This document shows, piece by piece, positions 42,220-52,313 of a stretch of DNA of 64,000 bases. The notes beneath the pieces are model-generated. The model was given only the letters and a program-made list of their open reading frames with translations, was not told the DNA's origin and made no database searches. The stretch's first letter is position 1. Every line of letters starts with the position of its first letter. Origin of the DNA: Nostoc sp. (GTDB taxonomy: Bacteria; Cyanobacteriota; Cyanobacteriia; Cyanobacteriales; Nostocaceae); assembly GCA_036918135.1 (NCBI GenBank), contig JBALDB010000056.1, positions 416,001 through 480,000 of the forward strand, given 5' to 3'. The translations under genes and the position numbers were made by a program.

Positions 42220-42951
42220 TTAAATAGATACTCTTACCTTAACTGTCGATTTCTGTTTGTGTTTCCCTAAAACTTTGCTTGTACCCCAGACGCCTAAAGC
42301 TACTATTCCTAATGTAAAGGACGGTTCAGGAATAGAGTCAACTCGGCGAAACTCAATGGGCGTAGCAAAAAGCAAATTACCATTAGCTGCAAAAATCTTG
42401 TCTAAAGAGTAAATGTCATTTTCCGAAACAACTACACTAGAAATCACCTTACCACCAGAACTTGTAGGACAGCCGTTAGGCGAATTATTTCCTATGTAGT
42501 CACCCGCATTCCAAAAAATTTCTAAATTGCAGCTTGTTGTTAAAACGTTGCTAGAGTCAAGAGTATGTTCAGACTCAGGTCGATTACATAATCCAACAGG
42601 TGAATAGTTTGCATTAAAGGCACGAATGCTGAGATTCACTGCTGAATTTTCTTGGCTAAAAGAATAAAGACGGAAGCGATTAATACTTTTTTGTTCGAGA
42701 TAAATATTTTCTGTTCCAGTTATAGGCTCAGCATTAGTCAATTCCACACTACAACTTGACAGAGTAATAGGCGGAACAGAAGGGTTAGTTGCCACTTGCT
42801 GGGAATTATCGAACAAACCAGTAAACCATTGTGCTACTTGCTTGACCTGTGTCTCAAGCGGTGGCGGACTAGCCGCAGTAGCGCGAGTTGCTTGGGCAAA
42901 TGTTAAGGCTGAAAATAAAGCTGTCAGAGTATATACTTTGACGAGATTCAT
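42220..42951 (-). CDS. Secreted CpcT/CpeT-like protein with PEP-CTERM sorting signal
   Basis: Signal peptide; WFTGLFDNSQQ, YLEQ and RFRLYSF (CpcT/CpeT-like); IPEPS plus TM plus basic tail. Confidence 0.7.
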   Translation of the reverse strand: MNLVKVYTLTALFSALTFAQATRATAASPPPLETQVKQVAQWFTGLFDNSQQVATNPSVPPITLSSCSVELTNAEPITGTENIYLEQKSINRFRLYSFSQENSAVNLSIRAFNANYSPVGLCNRPESEHTLDSSNVLTTSCNLEIFWNAGDYIGNNSPNGCPTSSGGKVISSVVVSENDIYSLDKIFAANGNLLFATPIEFRRVDSIPEPSFTLGIVALGVWGTSKVLGKHKQKSTVKVRVSI

Positions 42952-43159
42952 AAATTAATACAATCTCTAAAATTTCAAAGTATTTTATCTTACTCTTGCT
43001 GTAATTTGTACCAATGTTGTTTTAGAAAATACCAGCTTCCTGTACTGCTAAGGCGTATATTTAATTTTCTTATTGACTCAGATGTGGAATTAGTGCTGTA
43101 GTTAAAGAAAACCGATCGCAGCAACCAACTATAGAAAGGAATGCTGCATCATCAATAAT

Positions 43160-44176
43160 TTATGAATTGACGTTGATAACTACTTTACCGAAGTGAGCTC
43201 CACTTTTGAGGTAATGATAAGCTTCCCGTGCTTCAGTAAATGGGAAAACTCTATCGATAATCGGTTTGATTTGATGCTGTTGTATTGTCTGATTCATTGC
43301 CTCAAACATTTCCCGACTGCCAACATAAATCCCTTGAACTGTTAAACTTTTAAAAAGTATTGGCATCGGGTCAATTTCGTTACCTCTACCAGACAAGAGG
43401 CCAATCAAATTCACACGTCCGCCAATGCGGGCTGCTTGTAGCGATTTTGGTAAAGTTCCTGCACCGCCTACCTCAACCACATGATCTACACCTGTGCGAT
43501 TAGTTAATTGGTAAACTTGCTTTTCCCAATCTGGTGTTGTTTTGTAATTGATTGTTTCCTCAGCACCAAGCTGTTTTACTCGTGCCAACTTTTCATCGCT
43601 ACTAGAAGTGACGATCGCTCTAGCACCATGTATCTTGGCAAACTGGAGAGCAAAAATTGAAACTCCCCCAGTACCGAGTAATAAAACACTATCACCTGTG
43701 CTAATATTGCCTTTTGTCACCAAACCATGCCAAGCGGTAACTCCTGCACAGGGCAAGGTTGCAGCTTCAGCATAGGATAGGTGGTCTGGTAAAATTACCA
43801 AACCGTCTTGGTGTAATACGACATACTCAGCCAACATTCCATCAATACCACCTCCGAGATCGGATTTCATTTTCTCTTTGGTTAAAGAGCCATAAATCCA
43901 GTCTTGGAAGAAAATAGCAGCGACGCGATCGCCTACTTTTACGCGTGTGACACCTTCCCCTACCGCCACAACTTCCCCTGCACCGTCAGACATGGGAATT
44001 AAGGGATATTTCTGTCCAGCACCGTAGGCTCCTTCAACAACGAGTAAATCCCGGTAATTTAGAGATGTTGCTTTGACTTGAATCAGAACTTGACCGACTG
44101 CGGGTTTTGGTTCGGGGCGATCGACTAATGCCAGGGCATCAATACCAGCGTTGCTTTGAATTTCGTAAGCTTTCAT
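43160..44176 (-). CDS. NAD(P)-dependent MDR-family alcohol dehydrogenase/oxidoreductase
   Basis: SLNYRD, SDGAGEV, LGTGGVS and HFGKVVI motifs. Confidence 0.92.
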   Translation of the reverse strand: MKAYEIQSNAGIDALALVDRPEPKPAVGQVLIQVKATSLNYRDLLVVEGAYGAGQKYPLIPMSDGAGEVVAVGEGVTRVKVGDRVAAIFFQDWIYGSLTKEKMKSDLGGGIDGMLAEYVVLHQDGLVILPDHLSYAEAATLPCAGVTAWHGLVTKGNISTGDSVLLLGTGGVSIFALQFAKIHGARAIVTSSSDEKLARVKQLGAEETINYKTTPDWEKQVYQLTNRTGVDHVVEVGGAGTLPKSLQAARIGGRVNLIGLLSGRGNEIDPMPILFKSLTVQGIYVGSREMFEAMNQTIQQHQIKPIIDRVFPFTEAREAYHYLKSGAHFGKVVINVNS

Positions 44177-44383
44177 TGGCGGACTTCCTTAATAGAAACG
44201 TTCATCTGCTCAATAACAGCCTACATTACAGCAATTTTCAGAGCGTTAAATTATATTACAAGGTAGCACAGTTGTGCTACCTTACATCAGCAGGTTTTGT
44301 TTGTGTAGTTGTGGTTTATAACCATCTTTTTACACAGTTATAAGATGAATCTTGATAACTGTTTGCTGTTCGCTGATTTAATA

Positions 44384-45406
44384 CTACAGAGAATCCCTCA
44401 ACTGCTCTACCTTTTCTAAGAGTGGCTGATGTTCAATTTTCTCTGCTAACTCTTGGGCGTTTTCATAGCACAATCGCGCCATTTTTTTGCGTTTGGTTGT
44501 GGCGTAAAGGCTTCCCATATTCAGCAAAGTAGAAATTTCTCCGAGAAAATCGCCCTGTTGTTGATAAATAGCAATGGCTTGTTTGTAGAACTTCATTGCT
44601 TGGCGATGCTGGGCGATGATACTGTGGGTAAAACCAATGTTGTGCAGGGTTGTTGCCAGGCCGGAGCGATCGCCAATCGCTCGACGTGTCAAAAGAACTT
44701 GATGATAGAGCAACAGCGCTTGTTTGGGTTGTCCTAAATCACTATAAACTGAAGCAATATTATTCAAGGTGGTTGCTTCACCAACTAAATTCTTAAGAGA
44801 TCGTTGAATCGGCAGTGCTGCTTGAAAAAATTCTAGAGCTTGATGGAACTTGCCTAAAACAGTGTAGGCAAACCCAATACCATTTAGAGTTGTTGCTTCA
44901 CCAGAAAAGTCACCTAGCAATCGACGCACTGTCAAAATTTGGTTTTGTAGCAACAGTGCGCGTTTAGGTTCTCCTAATCGGGTATAAATCAGGGCTACAT
45001 CATTGAGAATAGAAACTTCTCCTTCAGCATCTTGCAATTGCCTGAAGATCGCAAGTGCTTTGTTAAAATACTCTAACGCTTGTAAAAAGCGTCCAAGACG
45101 GCTGTAGGTAGAACCTAGATTGCTCAGTGCAGTTGCTTGTGCGGACGCGTTATCAATTTCAATAGCAACACAAAGCGCTTGTTGAAACCGCTCTAAGGCC
45201 CTTTGAGGTTGCCAGCAACCCAGATAGGCTAAACCAAGGTCGTTCAATGTGTAACCTTCCCTAACTCGGTCTGGAATTGCTCTTGCTAGCTGTAAATTCT
45301 GAGTCACAAGATCGAGATACTCTTGAAATTTTCCCCGCTGGTAATAACGGTTTGCTTCATCGCGGCGTTGTTCCCACTCTCTGACTGGATTTAAAGGTTG
45401 CGTCAT
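44384..45406 (-). CDS. Tetratricopeptide repeat protein
   Basis: Repeated GEATTLNNI...A units with ~40-aa periodicity. Confidence 0.9.
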   Translation of the reverse strand: MTQPLNPVREWEQRRDEANRYYQRGKFQEYLDLVTQNLQLARAIPDRVREGYTLNDLGLAYLGCWQPQRALERFQQALCVAIEIDNASAQATALSNLGSTYSRLGRFLQALEYFNKALAIFRQLQDAEGEVSILNDVALIYTRLGEPKRALLLQNQILTVRRLLGDFSGEATTLNGIGFAYTVLGKFHQALEFFQAALPIQRSLKNLVGEATTLNNIASVYSDLGQPKQALLLYHQVLLTRRAIGDRSGLATTLHNIGFTHSIIAQHRQAMKFYKQAIAIYQQQGDFLGEISTLLNMGSLYATTKRKKMARLCYENAQELAEKIEHQPLLEKVEQLRDSL

Positions 45407-45794
45407 CTGACCTCGGTTGCACTCTGCGAGATATAGGTAAGATATTTTTTGGGAATGAACTCCTCTTAGGTTTCCCAAATTTGAGTTAACCTATATCTTC
45501 TACCTTTAGATATAAGACGTAAAGAGAGAAGTATGGTACTTTTTCATACTTCTCTCTTTACCAATGAAGCGATTAATACAAATACACTAGTTAAGTATTG
45601 AACTGAGATATGTGTGATATCAAGCTTTGATTGTTGACTGTTGATGGTTACCAGTCAACAGTGCGTTGCGTATTTTCCAACAGTTGTTCGCTCTTAGCGT
45701 TCCCACACTGTAACAACTGGCTTTGATCGCTCAACAGTTAACGTGAAATTTCATCCCCTTTTAAAGGTGGGATGAGCTAAATCAAGCGTTTGTA

Positions 45795-45947
45795 ATTAAA
45801 TTAAGCCCCTCCGTCACCAGAGCGACTCGTCTTCAAAACCGGACGTAAGATTTTCACCTTATCCGGCTCTTCAGTGATTTGGTGCTTGTCCAAGTGCATA
45901 CCTCCAACCAAACCATCTTTGGCTGTTTTAGTGTCATGACAATGTCG
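45795..45947 (-). mobile_element. Group II intron 3' remnant (end of intron-encoded protein, domains V and VI)
   Basis: Minus strand RHCHDTKTAKDG...EEPDKVKILRPVLKTS; domain V GAGCCGGATAAGGTGAAAATCTTACGTCCGGTTT with AGC triad; domain VI hairpin ending in AAT. Confidence 0.88.
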
Positions 45948-46144
45948 TTATCGTCTTCGATGACCGATGAAACTGGAAACCAAAGCTACATCTGTACTGC
46001 GATTTGGTGGTAGGTACTTTACGATTGCAAAATGTAAACCAGTAAAAACAGATAACTTAATATTGTATAGTGTTTGACTACACGCTCAAACTGATAACTA
46101 TTAAAAAGTGTGTTTTTGGCAAACATTAATATAATGCTCTTATT

Positions 46145-48025
46145 ATGAGCATCTACCAATCTCTAAAAAAATCTTATACACAACGCGGCCGGGGTGAAAA
46201 TGACTGGCGGTTATTTTTGCGTTTAGTGCCTTATGCCCGTCGCAGTGGGGGACTGTTAGCACTGTCTACGATCCTACTTGTGCCGATCGCCATCTCTAAT
46301 GCCGTACAACCGCTATTAATTGGACAAGTTGTTTCTCTGATTCGCCATGAATCGAGTACTTACGAATTCTTAAGGAATCGCCCCTTCGCCCAAGCGCTAA
46401 ATATTTTAGAAGGGTTACTGCTGATTACGATCGCCATCCGCTTGTTTTTGACAGGCTACCAGGGTTATCTCGTACAGAAATTAGGGCAACAAATCACTAC
46501 AGCAATTCGCCAGGATTTATTTCATCATGTGACATCTCTAGCGGTACGTTTTTTTGACAGGACGCCCGTAGGTAAATTAATTACCAGAATCACCAGTGAT
46601 GTAGAAGTGTTAGGCGACGTCTTTTCTACTGGGGCAATCGGCATTGTCTCCGATTTTTTTTCCATGCTGGTGATTGTGGTTTTAATGTTTTATAGTCAAT
46701 GGGAACTTGCTTGTTTGTTACTATTGATGCTGTTCCCGATTACCTGGGTAATTGTTTACTTGCAGAAACAGTATCGCCAAGCCAATTACAAAGCGCGGGA
46801 AGAACTTTCTATACTCAATTCACACCTGCAAGAAAATGTCCTTGGCATTAACGTAGTGCAGTTGTTCCGCAGAGAAAAATTTAATGCCGAATTGTTTCGT
46901 GCTACCAACAGTCGCTACACTCAGCAAGTAGATAAAAATATCTTTTATGATGCAGCTGTTTCCGCAACCTTGGAATGGATTGGACTGGTTGCGATCGCAG
47001 GTGTTTTATGGTTGGGTGGTTGGATGCTTTTAGAAGACGCCTTGACTTTTGGGACTTTTTCTGCATTCATTTTATATGCCCAGCGATTATTTGACCCATT
47101 AAGGAATTTTGCAGAAAAATTTACGGTAATTCAAGCTGGTTTTACTGCCATTGAACGCGTAAGCGATATATTAGATGAACCGATAGAAATACGCGATCGG
47201 ACTAATGTACGCTACTCAATTCTTGATGCAAAATTTGGATACATAGACGAGATAGTTGCAAATCTAGAATCTCCAGATATCGATTCCGCACCTGAACTAG
47301 GTGAAATTCGCTTTGAACACGTCTGGTTTGCTTATAAAAACGACGATTACGTAATTAAAGACTTAGATTTTACCATTCATCCTGGTGAAAAAGTGGCATT
47401 AGTCGGCCCCACAGGTGCGGGTAAAACTTCTATCATCCGGCTTTTATGTCGCCTTTACGAACCTACCCAAGGACGCATTCTCATAGATGGTATAGATATT
47501 AAAGACGTACCGCAGGCAGAACTACGACGTTACATGGCAGTAATTTTACAAGAAGGTTTTTTATTTGCTGGCAATGTTAAAAGCAATATTTCTTTAGGAG
47601 ATGGCTATACATTTGAACAGATCCAACAAGCAGCAGAGAAAACCAATATTGCCCAGTTTATAGAAGAGTTACCAGAAAGCTACGAGACTCAACTTCGAGA
47701 AAGAGGCACAAATATTTCTAGTGGACAAAAGCAACTTTTAGCCTTTGCCCGTGCTGCCATTCGTAATCCTCAAATTTTAGTATTAGATGAAGCCACTGCT
47801 AGTTTAGATGTGGGCACAGAAGCTTTAATTCAAGAAGCATTAGACCAGCTTTTGCTCAAACGCACCGCCATTATCATTGCCCACCGTTTATCTACAATTC
47901 GCAATGTAGACCGAATTTTTGTTTTGAAGCGTGGCGAATTAATCGAACAAGGAAGTCACGAACAATTACTGCAACAAGGTGGACTTTATGCCACTTTGCA
48001 TAACTTGCAAATGTTAGGAACTTAA
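46145..48025 (+). CDS. ABC exporter, fused permease/ATP-binding protein (MdlB-like)
   Basis: TM domain plus GPTGAGKT, ISSGQKQ, LDEAT and AHRLST motifs. Confidence 0.95.
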   Translation: MSIYQSLKKSYTQRGRGENDWRLFLRLVPYARRSGGLLALSTILLVPIAISNAVQPLLIGQVVSLIRHESSTYEFLRNRPFAQALNILEGLLLITIAIRLFLTGYQGYLVQKLGQQITTAIRQDLFHHVTSLAVRFFDRTPVGKLITRITSDVEVLGDVFSTGAIGIVSDFFSMLVIVVLMFYSQWELACLLLLMLFPITWVIVYLQKQYRQANYKAREELSILNSHLQENVLGINVVQLFRREKFNAELFRATNSRYTQQVDKNIFYDAAVSATLEWIGLVAIAGVLWLGGWMLLEDALTFGTFSAFILYAQRLFDPLRNFAEKFTVIQAGFTAIERVSDILDEPIEIRDRTNVRYSILDAKFGYIDEIVANLESPDIDSAPELGEIRFEHVWFAYKNDDYVIKDLDFTIHPGEKVALVGPTGAGKTSIIRLLCRLYEPTQGRILIDGIDIKDVPQAELRRYMAVILQEGFLFAGNVKSNISLGDGYTFEQIQQAAEKTNIAQFIEELPESYETQLRERGTNISSGQKQLLAFARAAIRNPQILVLDEATASLDVGTEALIQEALDQLLLKRTAIIIAHRLSTIRNVDRIFVLKRGELIEQGSHEQLLQQGGLYATLHNLQMLGT

Positions 48026-48067
48026 GCGAGGATAGCAAAAAAATAAACACTGAGTAGATAAATAACT

Positions 48068-48280
48068 CTAATTCGTAATTCGTAATACTCACCTGGGCGT
48101 GAGAAGCAAGCTACGTAATTCGTAACGAAAGTCATAGCCCCTTAATTCATTGATGGAGATTAAAAAACAGCCAGCCTTTTTTCAAGCCCCCGACTTCAGT
48201 CGTGGGTTAATAACTACAAATTACTGTCTTCGTAGCTCTCTTCGACGTAGGTACGTCATTATAAATTACGAATTACCTTA
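48068..48280. repeat. Composite repeat region: ATTCGTA heptamers and IS605/REP-like hairpins
   Basis: AATTCGTAATTCGTAAT ... ATTACGAATTAC flanking AAGCCCCCGACTTCAGTCGTGGG; a similar hairpin lies near 48711. Confidence 0.5.
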
Positions 48281-48301
48281 ACTTAATTTTACAGGTGGGC
48301 A

Positions 48302-48429
48302 TAAGTAGGTCGGTATGAATATTTATCATTAGGATGAGGCAGGAGGTAGAAGGCAGAAGTCAGGAGGGAAGAAGGTTTAAGCCTATTTAATTTTTCTTAA
48401 CATAGTTTTTTTCTACACCGTTATACTTA
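48302..48429. mobile_element. MITE-like element
   Basis: Imperfect terminal inverted repeats TAAGTAGGTCGGTAT / TACACCGTTATACTTA; internal GGCAGAA heptamers. Confidence 0.5.
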
Positions 48430-48446
48430 AGCTGGTAAATTCAACT

Positions 48447-48551
48447 TAGGGAGTGACAAAAAAATATCCCACTGCTAACAGCCAATAGTCATCAGTCATC
48501 AACTTCAAATACAGACAAATTATTCCCAGGATGATTATTGACCAGCCCCTT
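48447..48551. mobile_element. MITE-like element, family A (degenerate)
   Basis: Shares AAAAAATATCCCACT...CAGTCATCAACTTCAAAT with the 11340 and 35825 copies. Confidence 0.6.
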
Positions 48552-48836
48552 CAAGGCAAGGTGTGGGGTTGCAGATTTAGGGTTACGTGTCGAAAAAGCC
48601 CCGTTCGCGCAGCGTTCCTAAGGAAAGTTTGGACAGAGCAACTAGTTTCAAGTATAAAAAAAAGATGTATTCTGAAATACATAGTATGAAAATACAGCGT
48701 CCAGGAAGTGAAACCCCTGATTTTAATCATGGGGTTCCCTATACCTTACCCCCTACACCCCCTTCATAGTTGACAACTAAAATTAATGTCCAAGAAATTG
48801 ATATGCTAAAGGCCGAGACTAGCAATTATTCAAACC

Positions 48837-50852
48837 ATGCCTGCGCCCACTATCAACCCTACTATTACTGCCTTTCCCTTGACTGCTGTAGTCGGTCAAG
48901 AAGCGATTAAATTAGCCTTGCTGTTAGCAGCCGTCGATCCTGGGTTGGGGGGAGTGGCGATCGCAGGTCGTCGTGGTACGGCAAAATCTGTAATGGCTCG
49001 TGCTATCCACGCGCTAGTACCACCCATTGAAGTTGTTAAAGGTTCTATCAGTAATTGCGACCCCAATCATCCAGAGGAATGGGACGATAGACTTTTGACA
49101 GAGTATACAGGAGACATTCAAGATGTCCCCACCGAAATAATTGCTGCGCCATTTATCCAAATTCCTTTGGGCGTAACAGAAGACCGACTTCTCGGCTCTG
49201 TGGATGTGGAACAGTCAGTAAAGCAAGGTGATACAATCTTTCAGCCCGGTTTACTTGCTAGTGCCAATCGCGGCGTCCTGTATGTAGATGAAATCAATTT
49301 ATTAGATGACCAAATATCAAATCAGCTACTAACAGTATTATCTGAGGGACGCAACCAAATTGAGCGGGAGGGAATTAGTTTTCAGCATCCTTGCAAGCCG
49401 CTGTTTATTGCTACCTACAATCCAGAAGAAGGAGCATTAAGGGAACATTTACTAGATAGAATTGCGATCGCTCTTTCTGCTGACGGTGTACTTGGCTTAG
49501 ATCAAAGAGTAGCAGCAGTAGAGGTGGCGATCGCCTACTCTCAATCTCCCCAACAGTTTCTTGAGCAGTATAGCGAAGACTTAGACGCCCTAAAAACCCA
49601 AATTATCTTGGCGCGAGAATGGCTCAAGGATGTCTGCATTACCCAGGAACAAATCGCTTATCTGGTAAATGAAGCAATTCGCGGCAAAGTTCAAGGACAT
49701 CGCGCCGAGTTATTTGCTGTGCGAGTTGCCAAGGCGGCTGCGGCTTTGGAAGGACGTACAACAGTCAATGCCGAAGATTTGCGCCGTGCTGTGGAACTGG
49801 TGATTGTACCACGGGCAACAGTCGTGCAGACGCCGCCACCAGAACAACCACCGCCACCACCGCCACCACCTCAAAATCAAGAAGAACCAGAGGAATCAGA
49901 ACAGGAAGAACAAGAAGAACAGCAAGAAAATCAACAGCAAGAACCCCCTAGTATCCCAGAAGAGTTCATCTTCGATGCGGAAGGGGTAATTTTGGATGAC
50001 ACAGTGCTTTATTTTAGTCAAATGGCGAAACGTCAGGGAAAATCTGGTAGTCGCAGTGTCATCTTTTCTGAAGACCGGGGACGTTACATTAAGCCAATGT
50101 TGCCCAGAGGGAAAACACGACGCATTGCAGTAGATGCCACCCTGAGAGCAGCTGCCCCGTATCAAAAAGCACGTAGAGGGCGACACCCAGATAGAAAAGT
50201 GATTGTCGAACAGGGTGACATTCGCTCAAAACGCTTGGTACGCAAAGCCGGAGCGTTAGTAGTGTTTGTGGTAGATGCTTCTGGCTCAATGGCCTTAAAT
50301 CGGATGCAGTCAGCCAAAGGGGCAGTGATGCAACTTTTGACAGAAGCTTATCAAAACCGCGACCAAGTAGCCTTGATTCCCTTCCGAGGAGAACAGGCGG
50401 AAGTCTTATTACCGCCAACACGTTCTATAGCCTTAGCACGTAACCGCTTGGAAAGATTACCCTGTGGTGGGGGTTCACCCTTAGCACATGGTTTAACCCA
50501 AGCTGTGCGCGTCGGCTTAAATGCCCAAATGAGTGGAGATATTGGGCAAGTAGTGCTTGTAGCAATCACTGATGGGCGGGGTAATATTCCCTTAGCACGC
50601 TCTTTAGGCGAACAGTTAGAACCAGGAGAAAAGCCAGATATCAAAGGAGAATTGGTAGAAATTGCAGCGAGAATTCGGAGTTTGGGGATACAACTATTAG
50701 TAATTGATACGGAAAGTAAATTTGTTTCCACTGGTTTTGCTAAGGAATTAGCCCAAACAGCAGCAGGAAAGTATTATCATTTACCCAAAGCCACAGATCG
50801 AGCTATTGCTGCCATGACTAAAGGTGCGATCGCCGATCTAAAATCTCGATAA
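48837..50852 (+). CDS. chlD: Magnesium chelatase subunit D
   Basis: AAA domain (GRRGTAKS), poly-Pro/acidic linker, vWA MIDAS motif DASGSM. Confidence 0.97.
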   Translation: MPAPTINPTITAFPLTAVVGQEAIKLALLLAAVDPGLGGVAIAGRRGTAKSVMARAIHALVPPIEVVKGSISNCDPNHPEEWDDRLLTEYTGDIQDVPTEIIAAPFIQIPLGVTEDRLLGSVDVEQSVKQGDTIFQPGLLASANRGVLYVDEINLLDDQISNQLLTVLSEGRNQIEREGISFQHPCKPLFIATYNPEEGALREHLLDRIAIALSADGVLGLDQRVAAVEVAIAYSQSPQQFLEQYSEDLDALKTQIILAREWLKDVCITQEQIAYLVNEAIRGKVQGHRAELFAVRVAKAAAALEGRTTVNAEDLRRAVELVIVPRATVVQTPPPEQPPPPPPPPQNQEEPEESEQEEQEEQQENQQQEPPSIPEEFIFDAEGVILDDTVLYFSQMAKRQGKSGSRSVIFSEDRGRYIKPMLPRGKTRRIAVDATLRAAAPYQKARRGRHPDRKVIVEQGDIRSKRLVRKAGALVVFVVDASGSMALNRMQSAKGAVMQLLTEAYQNRDQVALIPFRGEQAEVLLPPTRSIALARNRLERLPCGGGSPLAHGLTQAVRVGLNAQMSGDIGQVVLVAITDGRGNIPLARSLGEQLEPGEKPDIKGELVEIAARIRSLGIQLLVIDTESKFVSTGFAKELAQTAAGKYYHLPKATDRAIAAMTKGAIADLKSR

Positions 50853-50912
50853 TTAGTCATTTGTTATTTGTTCAGTTGCTTTTCTATTAATTAACTGACC
50901 ATTGACTAATGA

Positions 50913-51698
50913 CTACGAACCAGTGGGCATAACTTGTGGTTGTAAATAACAAATTAAATCTTGAATTCCCTTTTGCAAATAGCGAGTTACTGTCATCGGA
51001 CTAGTGCCAATATTCTTAGCAGCATCCTTGCGAGAAAGTTCCTTCAAAAATACCATTTCAACTGCCATCCGGGGCTTTTCTTCTAACATATTGATTGCCC
51101 CTTGGAGTTGTTGCCGTTCTTCGTCTAGTTGTTGTTGAGCAGTAGAACGGGGACAAGGAAGTGCTTCACCCAAAGTGATTTGGCAATCAACATAGTTAAC
51201 TGCGGTCGCATCTAAACTCAAAGGCAAACGGTTTTGAGCAGCTAACTTGGTTTCTTGCCATTCTTGCAGAGATACCCGGAGTTCTTTGGCAATTTCAGCA
51301 TCTTTGGCAGGACGACCTAAAGACACTGACAATTCTTTGCGAATCTTTTGTCCTTCATTATATAGTTCCTGCCAACGACGAGGAATCTTTAATAGAGTAC
51401 TGCGATCGCGCAAAAAGTGTAGCATCTCACCGCGAATATATGGCACAGCAAAAGAACTAAAAGCATATCCTTGACTGGGGTCAAAGCGCTCTATTGCTCT
51501 AATTAAACCAAAATAACCAATTTGTTCTAAATCTTCATAAGGTTCATTACATTGATGGCTGAATTTATGAGCCATCTTCCGCACTAAGCCAGTATGTAGC
51601 TGTACAAGTTTATTACGAAGTTTAATAGATGGATTCTGGTGGTACAAGTGTAATAATTCTATACCATCAGTTCGTAGAGAGGACTCACTTGCTGCCAT
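50913..51698 (-). CDS. sigJ: Group 3 sigma factor of the SigF/SigJ type (probably SigJ)
   Basis: YEDLEQIG..GLIRAIERFD, FSSFAVPYIRGE and region 4 HTH; sigJ versus sigF assigned from recollection of the N-terminus. Confidence 0.75.
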   Translation of the reverse strand: MAASESSLRTDGIELLHLYHQNPSIKLRNKLVQLHTGLVRKMAHKFSHQCNEPYEDLEQIGYFGLIRAIERFDPSQGYAFSSFAVPYIRGEMLHFLRDRSTLLKIPRRWQELYNEGQKIRKELSVSLGRPAKDAEIAKELRVSLQEWQETKLAAQNRLPLSLDATAVNYVDCQITLGEALPCPRSTAQQQLDEERQQLQGAINMLEEKPRMAVEMVFLKELSRKDAAKNIGTSPMTVTRYLQKGIQDLICYLQPQVMPTGS

Positions 51699-52260
51699 AT
51701 AAATTCCTTTGTTGTAACTCCTATTTCTGAAAAAATGGAGCTGCGTATATCTTCTTCAAAGCTGTCATTATTTTCCTTAGCCAATGCTGAATAAGCCATC
51801 GTCGTTTCACTGAACTTATTAGGGGTCGCACTCCATAATTCAGTATTTGTACGCATGATTTTGCTACTTTCTCTCTTGCAGCTGATTTTTATTTGCCAGG
51901 TAACAAACGAATGGCGGATAATCTTTAGCTTTTGCTAAAAAACTAGCTATTTATGCTGAAAAATGCATTACTGAATCTAATAGTCATCTGTCACAGTGAA
52001 CGCAACATGGGTCGGTACTGAATTAATTGCAAAACAGACTCGGCAATTTTATCTCTTAGTACATACCGTTATTAATAAAGGTCAAAAATCCAAATTGGTA
52101 GTTAGGTTGAGGAACAAAACCCAAGCTACAAAAAATAGAATTCTGACTCATTTTTATGGTGATTTGTACTTAGTTAGGTATTGAGGGACATTTGCATTCA
52201 ATATTCAATATTGGTAAAATAGAAACTTTGGAAACTTAGTGGAAACATAGAAACAGGTTA

Positions 52261-52306
52261 TTGACATGCAAGTTTGATGGGTGTCAGACTTCTGCTAAAC
52301 AGGAGG
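52261..52306 (+). promoter_or_regulatory. Putative promoter and RBS of the pPIWI-RE operon
   Basis: TTGACA at 52261, TGACA/TGTCA inverted repeat, AGGAGG at 52301; four GAAAC repeats just upstream (52222-52254). Confidence 0.45.
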
Positions 52307-52313
52307 GTGAACA

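Noticed and set aside
45497..45516. Array-type box upstream of the TPR gene
   Set aside because: The box is similar, but there is no -10-like hexamer at the 20-bp offset
51659..51856. Upstream ORF overlapping the sigma factor start
   Set aside because: No recognisable motif or RBS; cannot be supported without conservation data
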